From Yuukianura sp. NJ FZ-2021 (Eukaryota): a stretch of 64,000 nucleotides of DNA. The translations under genes were made by a program, and so were the position numbers. Shown here in pieces: positions 41,122 through 53,445 of this stretch. The notes under the pieces were generated by a model. It did no database searches. It was not told the origin of the DNA and was given only the letters and a program-made list of their open reading frames with translations. Position 1 is the first letter of the stretch. Every line of letters begins with the position of its first letter. The stretch is taken from assembly GCA_046563655.1 (NCBI GenBank), contig CM102288.1, positions 5,456,001-5,520,000 on the forward strand, in the 5' to 3' direction.

Positions 41122-41692
41122 TTCTATCTGCAGTAACTTAAATAATTTTAACGAATATTTAGAACCTCCATTTAGCGCAAAGGGACGAGCAAAATATTTA
41201 AACATTTGAATTTCAGAGGCATACACCAACTGGGATCCCATTAATTGTAACATTCAGCCGTTTAAAGTAAAGTGGCAAACCTCACTTAAGCAACTTTACT
41301 TCAATTTAATCAATCTAAAACTTAATATTTTTTTCAGACAACGATATAGTGGGGTGTCTGGTTTAAGGTCATGTCAAAGGCAAGTTAGGTCTTGTGATAT
41401 CGTGTAAAGCGTCATGAAATGAGCATTTTCGAGCATGTCAATGTGTCTTAGCCTTTTCGAATTATGCAATAAATATGCATGAAATTGAACAAAAGGAAAA
41501 GCTCTTTATGTAAAATATTGGGGAAAATATTAAATATTTACAAGGCCCGAAGAAACCCAACAGTCGACTTTTGGGACTTCAATGTAAATACCGTGCACGG
41601 GAATTGCCTCTTACTAAGTTTACAAAACGTTTTCATAAAAAGTGTTTAGTCTGTTTGTTAAACTTTGCTTTTAGAGCAAAAACAATTTCAGA

Positions 41693-44545
41693 ATGAGTTT
41701 AGTTATAAAGTTGGCATTTTTTCTACCATGCTTTCCCATTTATTTTGCCTTTTTCTTTGACAAACAAGAGTTAATGGTGGAAAATTTAAATCAACCATTG
41801 AATCTTTTCAACGATTGTAGAGTCCATCTGTATTTTGACGCCAACAACGTTGGTTTAGAGGAACCTTCCATTCCTGTCTACATTGGCAACATACCTTCGA
41901 CTCCCAGTCTATCAACTCTTGACAATTTTTTCACGCCTGAAACGCTACAAAATTGGCACAACGAGTCGTACCTAAACATATCCGATTCTACGTCACAGTT
42001 TTGTGTCATCTATTTCTTTATTCATTACAAAATGAATTTGGCTGGATTTACTGTCACATATCAACTCGAGGATGATGAATTCATATTTTTTCCTGGCGCA
42101 ACAGTTTCCTTTGTTGTTTTGCGTGATCCGGATGTAGAAGAGCCACTTAGCAACAACATTGTCTTTACCGTAAACGACGAAATTCCTGTTGCAGTTTTGT
42201 CACTTCATGAGAACTATTTCGGTCAAAAAGCAGCTCATCGACGTTATTTTGCTGTAACCAAAATTTCCACTGGTGAATTTCTGCAAAAAAGAGACGATGT
42301 GTTTCCAATCCCTTTGGTTTGTAGATTGGCCAGAAATAAGGAGAAATGCATTCCAAGTAAGCGGAGTCTCCTACGCATTACTCTATATAAAAACAGAAAA
42401 AAAAAGTTCATAGGGTTTGGGATAAATGGGAAGCGATGTGGCAAAAGCGACGTTAAAATTACGGACAAACTTGTTGCTAACTTTTTTGGCGCCCCGGAAA
42501 CAATGGTGGACAATACATTTCGGTTGTATCATGCTGCTAAAAACCCACCTCATCATCTCCGTGTTATTGATGTCCTTCTCCTATTTCATTTGATTCCGGC
42601 CACAAACAGCTGTTTTACAGTCATCAATGCTAACAGATTGCCAGAACCAACAGAAAATGATTCCTCCCCGCTTATGGATAGCCTACAATTTGACAGTATT
42701 GGAGAAGTATTAGGAATTGCCAGAAAAACAGGATTTGTACCCCACGACTCGCCGTGGCACAAGATGGTCGTACAAACGGAAATGAACGCTGTGCTATTTG
42801 CAACTTGTGATGGTGTGGAAACTGCATTGACTTTTCAAATCTATTTCGATCCATTTGACCTGAATAGCTGGATGTACATTATTTTTTCTGTGATTGTTTT
42901 AATTCCTTGTGCAATGGGCGCTATTTCATTATTAAAACGACTTGAAACACAACACGGGATACTTTTTGTAAGGTACGTCGTGTCTACATTGTTTATATTC
43001 ATTGAAATCAGTGTCGACATAAGTGACAAGGTTCTAGAAAAACTTCACCTAAAGCACTACCATCGAATAGTGTTTGGGTCATGGCTGTTGCTGTCCATTG
43101 TGTTGGTGAATGCATACAAAGGACTGTTTACATCTCAAATGTCTGGACCACTCCAACCGTACCATAAATACAGAAAACCTGCAGACCTTGGACACTTTCT
43201 AATATTTGGAGCTGGGTCAGGACTATGGCATGAAGTCGCGCAAAATAACATGAACAAAACTGCACTGTACATTAACCCCGTGCACTGCGACTGTTTGGAC
43301 CTTGACATTCATCGGGAGCTCGAAATAGCGGAGGAAGACCAAGGTTTGTAAACAAGAAGCTAATTTTTTCTTCTACAGGTTAGGCAATATGTGGCTTTTT
43401 TTTTATTGCCTCTCCCAAAATTGCAAAATTGAAAAGAGAATCACGGTAAGTCTCGTTCCCTCAGCAGTTTTTAGAAACCAAATTATTTTCATTCTTTTTG
43501 AAAGTTCCGTTTGGTGTAAACCAAGGTTGCTATAGCGACCATTTCTGAAATGTCGTAAGAGGTTATGTCATGACTTAGATCTTTAAAAAAAAAAACACGA
43601 AAACAACAACTTTTGGACCAATTTTATTTTCACAACAATATTTTCAAAAATTTTAATTTTCACCTTGCTGCTGATTCTTAGTTTTGATTTCCAATATTGC
43701 CTAACCTGTTAAAGAAATTCTATTTTGTTGCTATAGGAACCTTGGTGGAGGACTGTGATGCTTTGAAAAGAGTTAGAGCTGACTTGGACTACCTCCGTGC
43801 CAAATTCCACTCTGACACAACAGTAACGGAAGCTTTATGTCGCCAGCTTCCAACAAACTTAGCCACTGACTATTGGTCCATTTTTCAACTAGGTGGGTCC
43901 AGTTCAAACGGGAAACTGAATTGCAGCAGTGATGATTGCAAACCAGTGTTTACAAGCATCTTATTTCATAATGCCATGGATACGGAAGCTATAATTTCCA
44001 AGTTCGCTGAATGTGATAAGATTGCAGTAATGGATTACACAGATCAGGTTCACTACGCTGTAAACAAATTAGTTGCTGATTCGCTGCATAACAAGTCAGT
44101 TCCCACTCACTTTACCATAGGCGAAGAACCAGTGGCTTCTGCATCAGAGGGGTATGTGTTTGACCGCCCTTTGCCAAAGCTTAGACACGTTCAGTGGAGG
44201 ATGGTACGAAGATTGCAAGCACTCGTGGAAAATGGAGTTCAATCGTTTTTGCATGGCTGGTGTCAGGGTATAATGGATGGAAAACATAAATTGGAAATTC
44301 AAGAAAAAGCGGCAAAGGTTCTGGAGTTACCGAAACAGACGACATTGGGGTCAAACATTGTGTCTAGTGGGATTGTATGGGCTGTTGGAATTGTAGCTGC
44401 AATTATGGTTTTAGCTGGTGAAAAATGCTCTGTCATAGGTTACCGTGTAATTTGCACGGAGTTTCAGTGGTACTGTCGGCATTATGCTTACAGTTTTAGC
44501 CGAAAAAACATCAAGGCGTTCTTGAAGAGACAAAAGGTCCCTTGA
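41693..44545 (+). CDS. Divergent ionotropic receptor, two exons (41693-43343, 43737-44545), ~819 aa
   Basis: Close paralogue of 38295-41121 along its length; a phase-1 intron CAAG|GTTTGT...CTATAG|GAACC joins the two ORFs in frame (EDQGTLVEDCDALKRVRADLDYLR). Confidence 0.82.
43376..43708. mobile_element. MITE (333 bp) inside the IR intron, possibly Tc1/mariner-pogo type
   Basis: Perfect 15-bp TIR CAGGTTAGGCAATAT / ATATTGCCTAACCTG; left flank TA, right flank TT (imperfect TA TSD). Confidence 0.7.
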
Positions 44546-45046
44546 TAACCGAAATATAACAACAAATTGTATTTCCTACAATAGGTTGCCCAATAACACA
44601 CTGTTTCCAAAAATCTTAGTTCAGACAAATTTCTAACATCAATTCTGCACCAATCCCATTTACATTACATGCAAAAAAAATAGCATAGAAAGGCAGATTT
44701 TTTTTTAAATCCACTTACTAGTAAAGATGTTGGCGGCAACTGAAACTTCTCTTGAATTGTGTGCCCGAAGAATTTATTCGGTTGTTACACAATACTTTGC
44801 ACTGCAGTAAAATATAATATATGATGTGAAAGTGAATCAGGATGGAATGTATATTATTGGAAAATTGTGTTTTAAATATAACTATTATGCTGAACACCTA
44901 AAACGCACTATGACATTGTTAAGACTACTAAGGTATTCCTAGTTAACTACAATTAAATTTATGGTAAAAATTGAACTGTTAACTTCATCTCATGTGTTGT
45001 GTAACAAGTTGTGACTTTTGAATTTCATAATCATTCAGATCCGAAT

Positions 45047-48000
45047 TCAGACTTTAATGGTTTCCTGTAGCCATTCACGGTAGTGAGAAACTTTTACGTA
45101 TACTCCAGGCACCTGAAATCAAAAATTAACAAATTTAAAAATTCAAAAAATTCAAATTTTTGTGATTTTTTTAGTTTTTTAGTATTGCTTATTGACCTCT
45201 CGGTGTCCACATCCCACTCCCCAGCTAACAATTCCCGCCAACACAAATGTACCTTGAACGTTGCACACCAAAGGGCCTGCAAGTTATCAATCACAAAACT
45301 TGTTAAAAAAAGGAGTTTAGGTTTTACTTTTAGTTTTTCTTTTTTTAAATTAATTACCTCCGCCATCTCCCTTACAGGCATCCCTCCCTTCTTCTCCGCC
45401 CGCGCACAAAAATCCGGAGTGTAAAACGAAATCAGGGCCTAGCCTAGTTCGCTTCAGTTTTTGTTCGCAATCAAAATGGCGCAGAACAGGAACATCCACT
45501 TCCTTCAAAATGTTTTGGTACTTGCCCTATAATTAAATATTATAAATTGAAAATAAGTTTTATTGATTTAAATTAAAAAAAGTTATTTGACCTTGTCTCC
45601 CCATGCATCTTTTCCCCATCCTGTGACCAGACACCTTTGACCTCCAAGCTCCACATTTGTCGGAGGGAGACACACTGGACTTATGTGTGGGCTACAAGAA
45701 AAACACAATGTTAGGCTAAACTTAATAAAAATAGAATATGCTTAGCTAATCAATTTTTGTCAAACTTATATTTTCTGAAATTATTTTCTGTCTGAAATCT
45801 GAAATTATTATTTCTAAAAAAAACCTCACTTTTGACGAAAGTCCACCGCACCTTCGAGCCTCATCACTGCAATGTCCTGAAAAATATAGAGAATTAGTGT
45901 ACTTGCGCAGGCGCTAACACGTTTGAATAATTAATTTAAAACTATAATCTTAAGACTAATTAATTAAAAATTCAGTAATTAGTTGACTATTTAAGTTAAG
46001 TTAGTTACGTTGAAGAGATTTCCTGCGTAAAAATCCGGATGCAATGCAAATCCAGCTACATCTCTCTCTACATGTGGATAGAATTCAGTTTCGTGATTGA
46101 CGTCCCATTCTCCTAGGCGAACACGCAGGTCATTTGGTTGGAGACCCTTGAGGCAATGTGCAGCAGTGACAACGTGACGCTCATCGATGACGGTCCTGTG
46201 TTAATTAATTAATAATTAAATTAATTATGATTAATTACAATTAAATTGGAATTTAGTGTAGTCTTACCCTCCACAAACATAGACATTGTCATAGCCATCT
46301 TTTTTCAGAATTGCCACTTGCCACGGCCACTCCCCTGTATGAAAAACAAAATTTTATATTATATTATAAAAAATATAAGTTACATAATAAATACTAAAGC
46401 ATACATGACAATTTTTACTAAAACTGTGAAGCCTCACAAGGTTAAATCTGTCACAAATTTTACAACCATGGTCCAACTGACCTCAGACATGCCATTGCCT
46501 CTGTTTAGTTATTAACATTATACAGGCGTTGACTAAATATTTTTGACATCCCTGATTATAAGGCAAGAAGATACAGGCAGTAGAAACGGGAATACAGGAA
46601 ACGAGTGCTTATAGCGTTTTGTTAACCTCAGAGGCCAAGGTCAAAAAGTCAATTCGAAGTTTTTAAAATTCTTTTCTAAGAAATTAGTCAGGAAAATTAC
46701 TAAAGTTGCGCCAATAAAAGTTTTTGATTCACCGTTTCTTAAAGGGAACAATTAACTTTTGGAGAATGCAAACATTTTGTGGTTCAGCGTCTTTGATTGC
46801 TTTCTTGAGAATAGTTAAACCTTGAACAATGCAAAAAGTTAATGATTCAGCGTCTAAGCAGGGACAATCAAATGTTCCTCAGAGGTCGATGTAAAGGCAT
46901 TTGGCTATTTCAGTCTGCAGTTTGTCTTTGCTCTATCTGCACTCAGCGTCCACTTACACCACTAAATACTATTTTACATTTTCAGAAATGAAAGGTTAGT
47001 AATACACTAATCTAGTCCGAGTTTGAGCATTTTGTGAGTTTTTGTTTTGTTAATTTTTAGCACAATGGACTTGCGGTAGTTCGTGTGAACTAAATACATC
47101 GCAGATAGCTCAACGTTAGATTAGAACCGAGCACTACTTTCTACAATCTTAAACACAGCTTCGCACGGCTACGACAGTCACGGTAAGTATTTACTCAGAT
47201 TCTGTTTTGGTCAGCATCATTTTTTGCTGAAACTGCGCATGCGCGGCGAATTATGTTGTTCTGAGAAACAATTCATATCAGTGTATCACTTTAGTAAAAA
47301 AAAACTGTTCTTCGAAACTTCAAGGTGAAGTTAAAGTAAAAACAGTAGATCCTCTCAAATAACAACGGCTGAAAGCCTATGTTCGTGAGAAAGTTTGAAA
47401 ATATTTAAATATCAGTTGCTTACCGTAGTCTGACTCTCCTTCAGTTGCTGGATTAGGATTTGTGACTCTGCCGGTAATGCCCCTCGCGTTCCTCTGGCCG
47501 CATTGACCCGGCACAAAACTGTTAATCGAATTGATTAACGAATTGGTCGGTTGTTTTTGTTGAGAGCTTGGCCTGATCGGTCTTCTGCAACAAACATAGC
47601 CATTGGGGCAAGCTCCACCCAAATTCAGTTGTCTCTAGAGAAAAAAAAAATCAGAGAATTCCGCGTTTTAGTCACATATCTTACGCTTTAATTTTGTGTG
47701 CTATCTAGTACTAATTTATTAGTGGATCTTGTTTTGAATATTTATAAGTCAGATATATAATGTCATCCATTCACTCTTGTCATGTCAACGATGCAAGTAA
47801 GGTCAAGTCAGACTGTCGGCCGAAGCAAAGTCAGGTCAATGTTATCGGACGAGTGAAGTTCCAGTATTATAATTATCTGTCGCTGACCTGTTTCTGGGCA
47901 GCGGTGGTTTGACTTAAAACTCGAGCAAAGTCTGGACTTGACCTCACTTGGCGCCTTGACCTTGACCTCTCTTTAGCTTCATCCGGAAAGTTCACTCTGC

Positions 48001-51000
48001 CTTTATTCTGTTTCACTGCGAAGGTCAACCGACCTCCGTTTGACGTCGGAGCGTCAGGCCCCGTAGCGCTGATCGGAAGCCGCGTTTCGACGTTTCCGGT
48101 AGGCAGAACTCTCCGTTCAAAATATTTTTCTCCCGCATTTTTTTCGTAATTGTCGGATCGAGCTTCATCCTGAAGCGGGAACAGCGTTCGACCTCTTCTG
48201 ATGTTGTTAGACTGTGAAGAGTCTTGATTTGAGTCATAGTTGATGTTCAGTTCGTCTAGTTCTTCTTTAGTTATTTGACCATCGGCCAAAAGTTCCTGGA
48301 TGAGAGCACTGTCCTCATTGGTCAGTTCTCCTTCTCCTCGATTTTGATTGGTCAATTCCCCTCCTGCGTCAATCACAGGCGCGAATTTCTCTCTGTCGTC
48401 AAAAACAGTTGCGGAGTTGAACTTATCTGCGTATTCGTCACTCCCCGAATTAGTGGAGCCAGGAATTTTAAATACGCTTCTGTCACCATCAAATTGAGAA
48501 TTTGCAAACACATTTGACGCTCCGGCGTCGCGTTGATACTGATTTGATGTTAGTGAAGCGTAATTTGGTGATAGTCCAGTTTTCTGAGCTGCTCTGTAAC
48601 CACCAAATCCGCCAATGGCTGCAGCCGAAGAGTAGCCATGAGCATAGCCACCAGTTGCGTACGCTTGCGCATATGCATCACTTCCGTAGCCACCTCCGTA
48701 GCCATGCGCATAGGCATCACTGCCATAGCCATAAGAGTATTTCCCGCCATTGTAGCTTGGACTCCACCCCTTCGAGTGATAATGCTGCCCTGTGATTGGA
48801 TAAGAGCTGGAAGGCCACCCCCAGCCGTAGCTGATTGGATACTGATGGTGGTAGTGCTCGTGCTGATGGACCAATGGGAGCACTGGAACCGGAACGGGAA
48901 CTGGGACGGGTGCTGGATATGGATGGTGGACATGATGTGTTCCAAGTCCAAATTTGTGAGCCTTGGCGGCCTTCTTTTGATGAAAGAGGCCCTTAATTCC
49001 ATAAATGAGACTTGGATTCGGTGTGATATGGAGGTTCACAAGGGGTTTGAACACTTTCGTCTTGTCCTTGTCTTTTGTCTTCTGGAAGGACACTAACGGG
49101 TTAATTGAAATCGGACCAAGGTCAATTCCTCCGCCATTGTACGGGTTGACAGCAGGGTCGGTTCCAAAGGGGTTCAAAGGGTACCCGCCGCCTGCTTGAG
49201 GGTACCCACCCGGGAGGCCGAAAGAAACTCCCCAAGTAGGTTCAAAACCCAGTAGTCTTCCCAAAACTCGCTAGAAACAGAAATTCAAACCTTTTTGACA
49301 TTTGGCGGGAAATTTTGTTTTGAATTTAAAGGTCCCGGTATTTCCCGGGTACTTACGAGACGATGGCCTTCCATCTTGACTAGCTGAGATGAGTCTTCAC
49401 CGAAGTCGTATCCTGCGAACCTAGTTAAATTCCGGATCATAGGATCTTGAAGCAGAGATGAAATGAATCTTCCTTGAGTTTGACCTGCGACCTTTGGCTA
49501 TTATGAAGCAACATCAGGTTACACAAATTTCAAAAAAAAAATTTGAATCGCTCACATTCACTCAGTACAGTATTTCATAGTGTATTGGATTCAGTGGATT
49601 AGAAGATGCCTACAGGCACTGTGAATGGAACCGACGCCATTCAATCGAAAACATATTTTCAAATTTTTGAATTTTTTCACAGTTTTCAAAAATTCATTTC
49701 TTTTTCTTTTGAAATTTTTGAGATGGAAAGGGCGACGCAGTTCGCTTATGGAACATGCGCCATCCGTGCGATTTGGCTGAAATTTTGCAGAGTTGTTCTT
49801 TAGGTCATTACCACTTACTTTTGTACAGGGGTCAACTCGGTGCATCGAACGGTTTGACCTCCAGAGGTCACGAAAGGTCAACGTACGTTTTATTAACGAT
49901 CCCATGCACATAATACATCGCTGGAAAGACATTTTTACGCTGATTCAGAATATATATAGGTATCAATACTTTGGTTCAACCATATGACCTCCAGAGGTCA
50001 TCAAACATTTCTGTTCAAAATTTTAGACGATTTTGAATGTTTGATGACCTCTGGAGGTCATATGGTTGAACCAAAGTATTGATACCTATATATATTCTGA
50101 ATCAGCGTAAAAATGTCTTTCCAGCGATGTATTATGTGAATGGGGTGGTTCATAAAACGTACGTTGACCTTTCGTGACCTCTGGAGGTCAAACCGTTCGA
50201 TGCACCGAGTTGACCCCTGTACAAAAGTAAGTTGTAATGACCTAAAGAACAACTCTGCAAAATTTCAGCCAAATCGCACGGATGGCGTGAGTCCCATAAG
50301 CGAACTGCGTCGCCCTTTGTTTTTGATCTTATGAGTATGACGTATTCTATCATAGTCGTCTTTTCCTAAAAAGTGTTGTTTGTTTTCGATAAAATGTCGG
50401 GAAAACATATTTAGTCTTAAATTTTTTAAAAAAAAAAGTGTCGTACCGATTCGGCTAGCGCAGGCTCTGAAGATGTGACAGCTTTTGGTTCTTCGCGTTT
50501 GCGTCGTTGAGTTCTTGGTTCTCTGACGGCAGCGTAATCGCGACGCCGAGAGTCAGTTGCGTTTGACTCAATTTCAAACTGTGAGTGTTTGTGACGTGGA
50601 TCAATGTTGTAGCCAACAAGTCCAGAGTTGGGAGTGCCCGTGCCTTGGGTGACTTCTCTTCCAGAGGAACCCTGCTGCACAATGTCAAAGGAAGCGCATT
50701 GGTTGATGGGAACGCAGAAACAGTCGTTTTGGAGCGAAGAGCGGAAGTCAAGGTCATTAATCTTCCGCTGCGGAAATGAGCCAATGGAGGCTCCTCCCGG
50801 AGTGGCTAAACTTATTGCTGGCTTCTGTGCAGCTCCGTATTCGTCAAACCCTCCTGCATAGCCTCCACTGCTTCCAATTACACCATACGTTCCTATTCCT
50901 GGAAATTTGTTCGAAAATAATTAGTTCAAAATAGAATTCCTCAGAACAATTGGTTCAAAAGTAAACTAGGGTAATATGCATGTGTAAAAAAAATTGGTTC

Positions 51001-52395
51001 GAAACGGAGAATGAATGAAATGAATTGGTTCTAAAGAAATTTCTTCAACAGTAGAACTAGTTCGAATAAATTGGTTCAAAACAAATTAGTTCAGAAGTAT
51101 TGGCGTATGAACTTACCACTGTTACCAGAAACTGGTGTGTGGTGAATATGGTGATGAATGTGTTCAACAATTTTCCCGCCGGAATTGTACAGGGGGCCAA
51201 TCAGAGGCTTGGAATTGATCGGTCCTCCGTAGTCGTAAGGTTTAGAGTTGAATGGCGGCAACACTCCTGGTGGCGCCTTTTGTGAAACTTGCGGTGGAGT
51301 ATACACTGGCAATGGCAACTGTTTTCCATAAGAACTCTGCGGATTGAGCGGTGGACCGTAGATTGGAGGAGGTGGAGGAGATTTGAATGGCTTTTCAAGT
51401 GGAATTGCTGAAATTGGTGGACCTACGGGCTTGATAGCCACCGGTTGAACTAATTTGATTTCGTTCAAAGGAATACCAAGTCCATAGGATCCGCCGCCGC
51501 CTTCCAGAAAATCACCACCGCCATAGCCATGCTTCTTTGACAATGTATCAGCACCACCACCACACTGAAAAAGTCAACATATCAATTTAATAGATTAACT
51601 TTTTTAAGATTAAATTTAAAATTCTATTTTTAGTCTAAATTTTGTTTGATTTATACAAAATCGCTCAGCCGCTTCAAACGCTGTACAGAAGTAGCGGCGA
51701 ATGCTTAATTTAAAATTTTACTTTAAGGCATATACAGACCGACATACAGTAGTGGAGATCAATAATTTTTCTAAAACTTCATATTTTTATTGACAGGTAT
51801 TCGAAAATGCTTGTTTTTGGGAAAAACCAACAATTGTGTGTTCACAAAGGATGGAACATTCACCGATGTGCGGACAGAGCGACATAAACAGGTAAAAATA
51901 TTTGATACCTTTCGCTACTTTGTTACTTTTGTTTCTTACGTGCATTAATCCTAAGTCACAGAGCTTGTCCCGTATGTAGTTTCTCGCTTGAGCTTCATTT
52001 CCTGCTGAAATTTCAGCACGAATCTTAGGATCCGATGTGAGTTGTCTCAAATCTTGAGACCCCAAATCACCATCGAGGTCACTCAGGTCAATTTTACGCC
52101 CTGCTCGATTGGCTGCTAAAATTATGTCAATGGCTGTCTTTTCATCAATGTCGTCGAAGTGATCCGATGCTGCTGTTTCAACAGAAGATGAAGTGGAAGG
52201 GAGTTTTGAATTCTTTTCTTCCGACTGCTCTTCATCTTTGGGAAATTTTAGCTTAGATGAGAGTGATCTATGAGACGCTTCTTTCGGAAAAAAGTTTGAC
52301 GGTTGCCCTTCGTAGGGGTCATTCTGTGATGCATGTCCGCATGATGCAAAAAGAATAGTCACAACTGCCAATGGCAACAACTTGTACAAATACAT
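45047..52395 (-). CDS. Secreted CLIP-type serine protease homologue (masquerade/PPAF-II-like, catalytically inactive), 13 coding exons, ~1268 aa
   Basis: Phase-compatible GT-AG exons: 51940-52395, 51117-51564, 50447-50898, 49357-49497, 47888-49270, 47424-47634, 46268-46334, 46009-46195, 45830-45876, 45592-45691, 45358-45526, 45197-45276, 45047-45112 (sum 3807 nt). Signal peptide; clip-like CFCVPINQC ... CPNGYVCC ... CG; trypsin fold GEWPWQV, TAAHC, DIAV, GWG, DACKGDGGGP (Ser to Gly), GIVSWGVGCG, PGVY. Probable non-coding first exon near 53630-53850. Confidence 0.93.
49730..50315. mobile_element. Palindromic (foldback) non-autonomous DNA transposon, Spy-like, copy 2 (586 bp), intronic
   Basis: ~280-bp inverted arms (~97% arm-to-arm) around a ~26-bp loop; termini GGGCGACGCAGTTCGC...GCGAACTGCGTCGCCC; flanked by AAA and TTT without TSD; colinear with 30599-31197. 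Confidence 0.88.
50905..51095. repeat. Degenerate intronic repeat of AATT(A/G)GTTC motifs
   Basis: About seven AATTGGTTC/AATTAGTTC-like motifs within one ~220-bp intron. Confidence 0.5.
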
Positions 52396-52544
52396 TCTGA
52401 AAAGACATTAAAAAACAGTCTGACTTCAAATTTTCAAATGAAAAGTTTCAAATTTTCATAATTTTTGCGATCCTTTGTTCCAATTAAATTGATTCCATGT
52501 AAAAAAAAAACGATTTGGCCAAAAAGTGACGAGGTTAAACAGTG

Positions 52545-53445
52545 AGCAAATCAAAAATAAAAAATAACTAGCCTAAAGCAATGGACATTTCCACTTTTTG
52601 ATCAAATTTTTTTCACAATTTCACCTGCTATGGTTTTATTTTTGGTCATAATTTAAAATGGAAATTTGCGATCTAAATTTCGTTCCGGTTTGCGTAGCAT
52701 TATAACAAAAAGTGACGTTAGTTGTGTCAGGTTAGTTTTGGCAATGAGTTTGACCTCATCCGTATAAGGTCAAGAATCGAAAGTGAGATTAATTGCTTTT
52801 GTTTGATTACTCAACAACGCCTTCTCTGTTTTCTGTCTTTCCGTCTGCGTCATTATTTTGAATTGCAAAAAGTCTTAAATGAAAAGGAAATTTCTCTTGA
52901 GCCAATCTTACCAGCATCCGGTAGAAAAACAAAGGAGTTTAATGTCAACCTATGATAGTACTAATGTTAGAATAATGTCCAAATTTCTTTTTCCGCTGAT
53001 GTTGAAAATTAATTTTTCAAAGTTCATTGTGAATAAGGAATAAGGGAGATGGACTTCTTTATGTGATTTTGGCGTTTTTGTGACTCGCAGTTTAGTATGT
53101 GAGTATGCGATACAATTTTGAAATTTTGGAATTTGACAGTATGATTGTTCTATTTTTTTTTGAAACGCTCTAAATAACTAAATGGCCGTTCAAGTATAAA
53201 TCTTCAGAAGATGACAAGAGATGAGCGGAAGTAGGACGGAACCAGCAGAACTCCGTTTAATAATTGTCATCAAAAAATTTTTAATTTGACACTATAATCT
53301 CAAATTTCACATTTTCAATTTTCATTTTCTAGAGTTTGGTCAGACCATAGCAAGTAAAATTTGATCAAAAAGTAAAAAGGGCAACTGTCACAACTAGTAA
53401 AGACAAAGAGGGTTTAGCTAAACTAAATTTTTGATTTTTGATCTT
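52545..53445. mobile_element. Probable decayed inverted-repeat element in the 5' UTR intron of the protease homologue
   Basis: ACTTTTTGATCAAATTTT (52593-52610) is the reverse complement of 53356-53373; TGCTATGGT/ACCATAGCA and further outward matches are in the right order. Confidence 0.45.

Noticed and set aside
41693..44545. Two separate genes or a pseudogene
   Set aside because: A canonical phase-compatible GT-AG intron joins them into one full-length IR.
45047..46334. Active trypsin-like protease
   Set aside because: The catalytic Ser motif reads GDGGGP, so it is a non-catalytic homologue.
49591..50353. Mirror-image ORFs on both strands as protein genes
   Set aside because: They arise from the palindromic element, are short, and have no recognisable domain.
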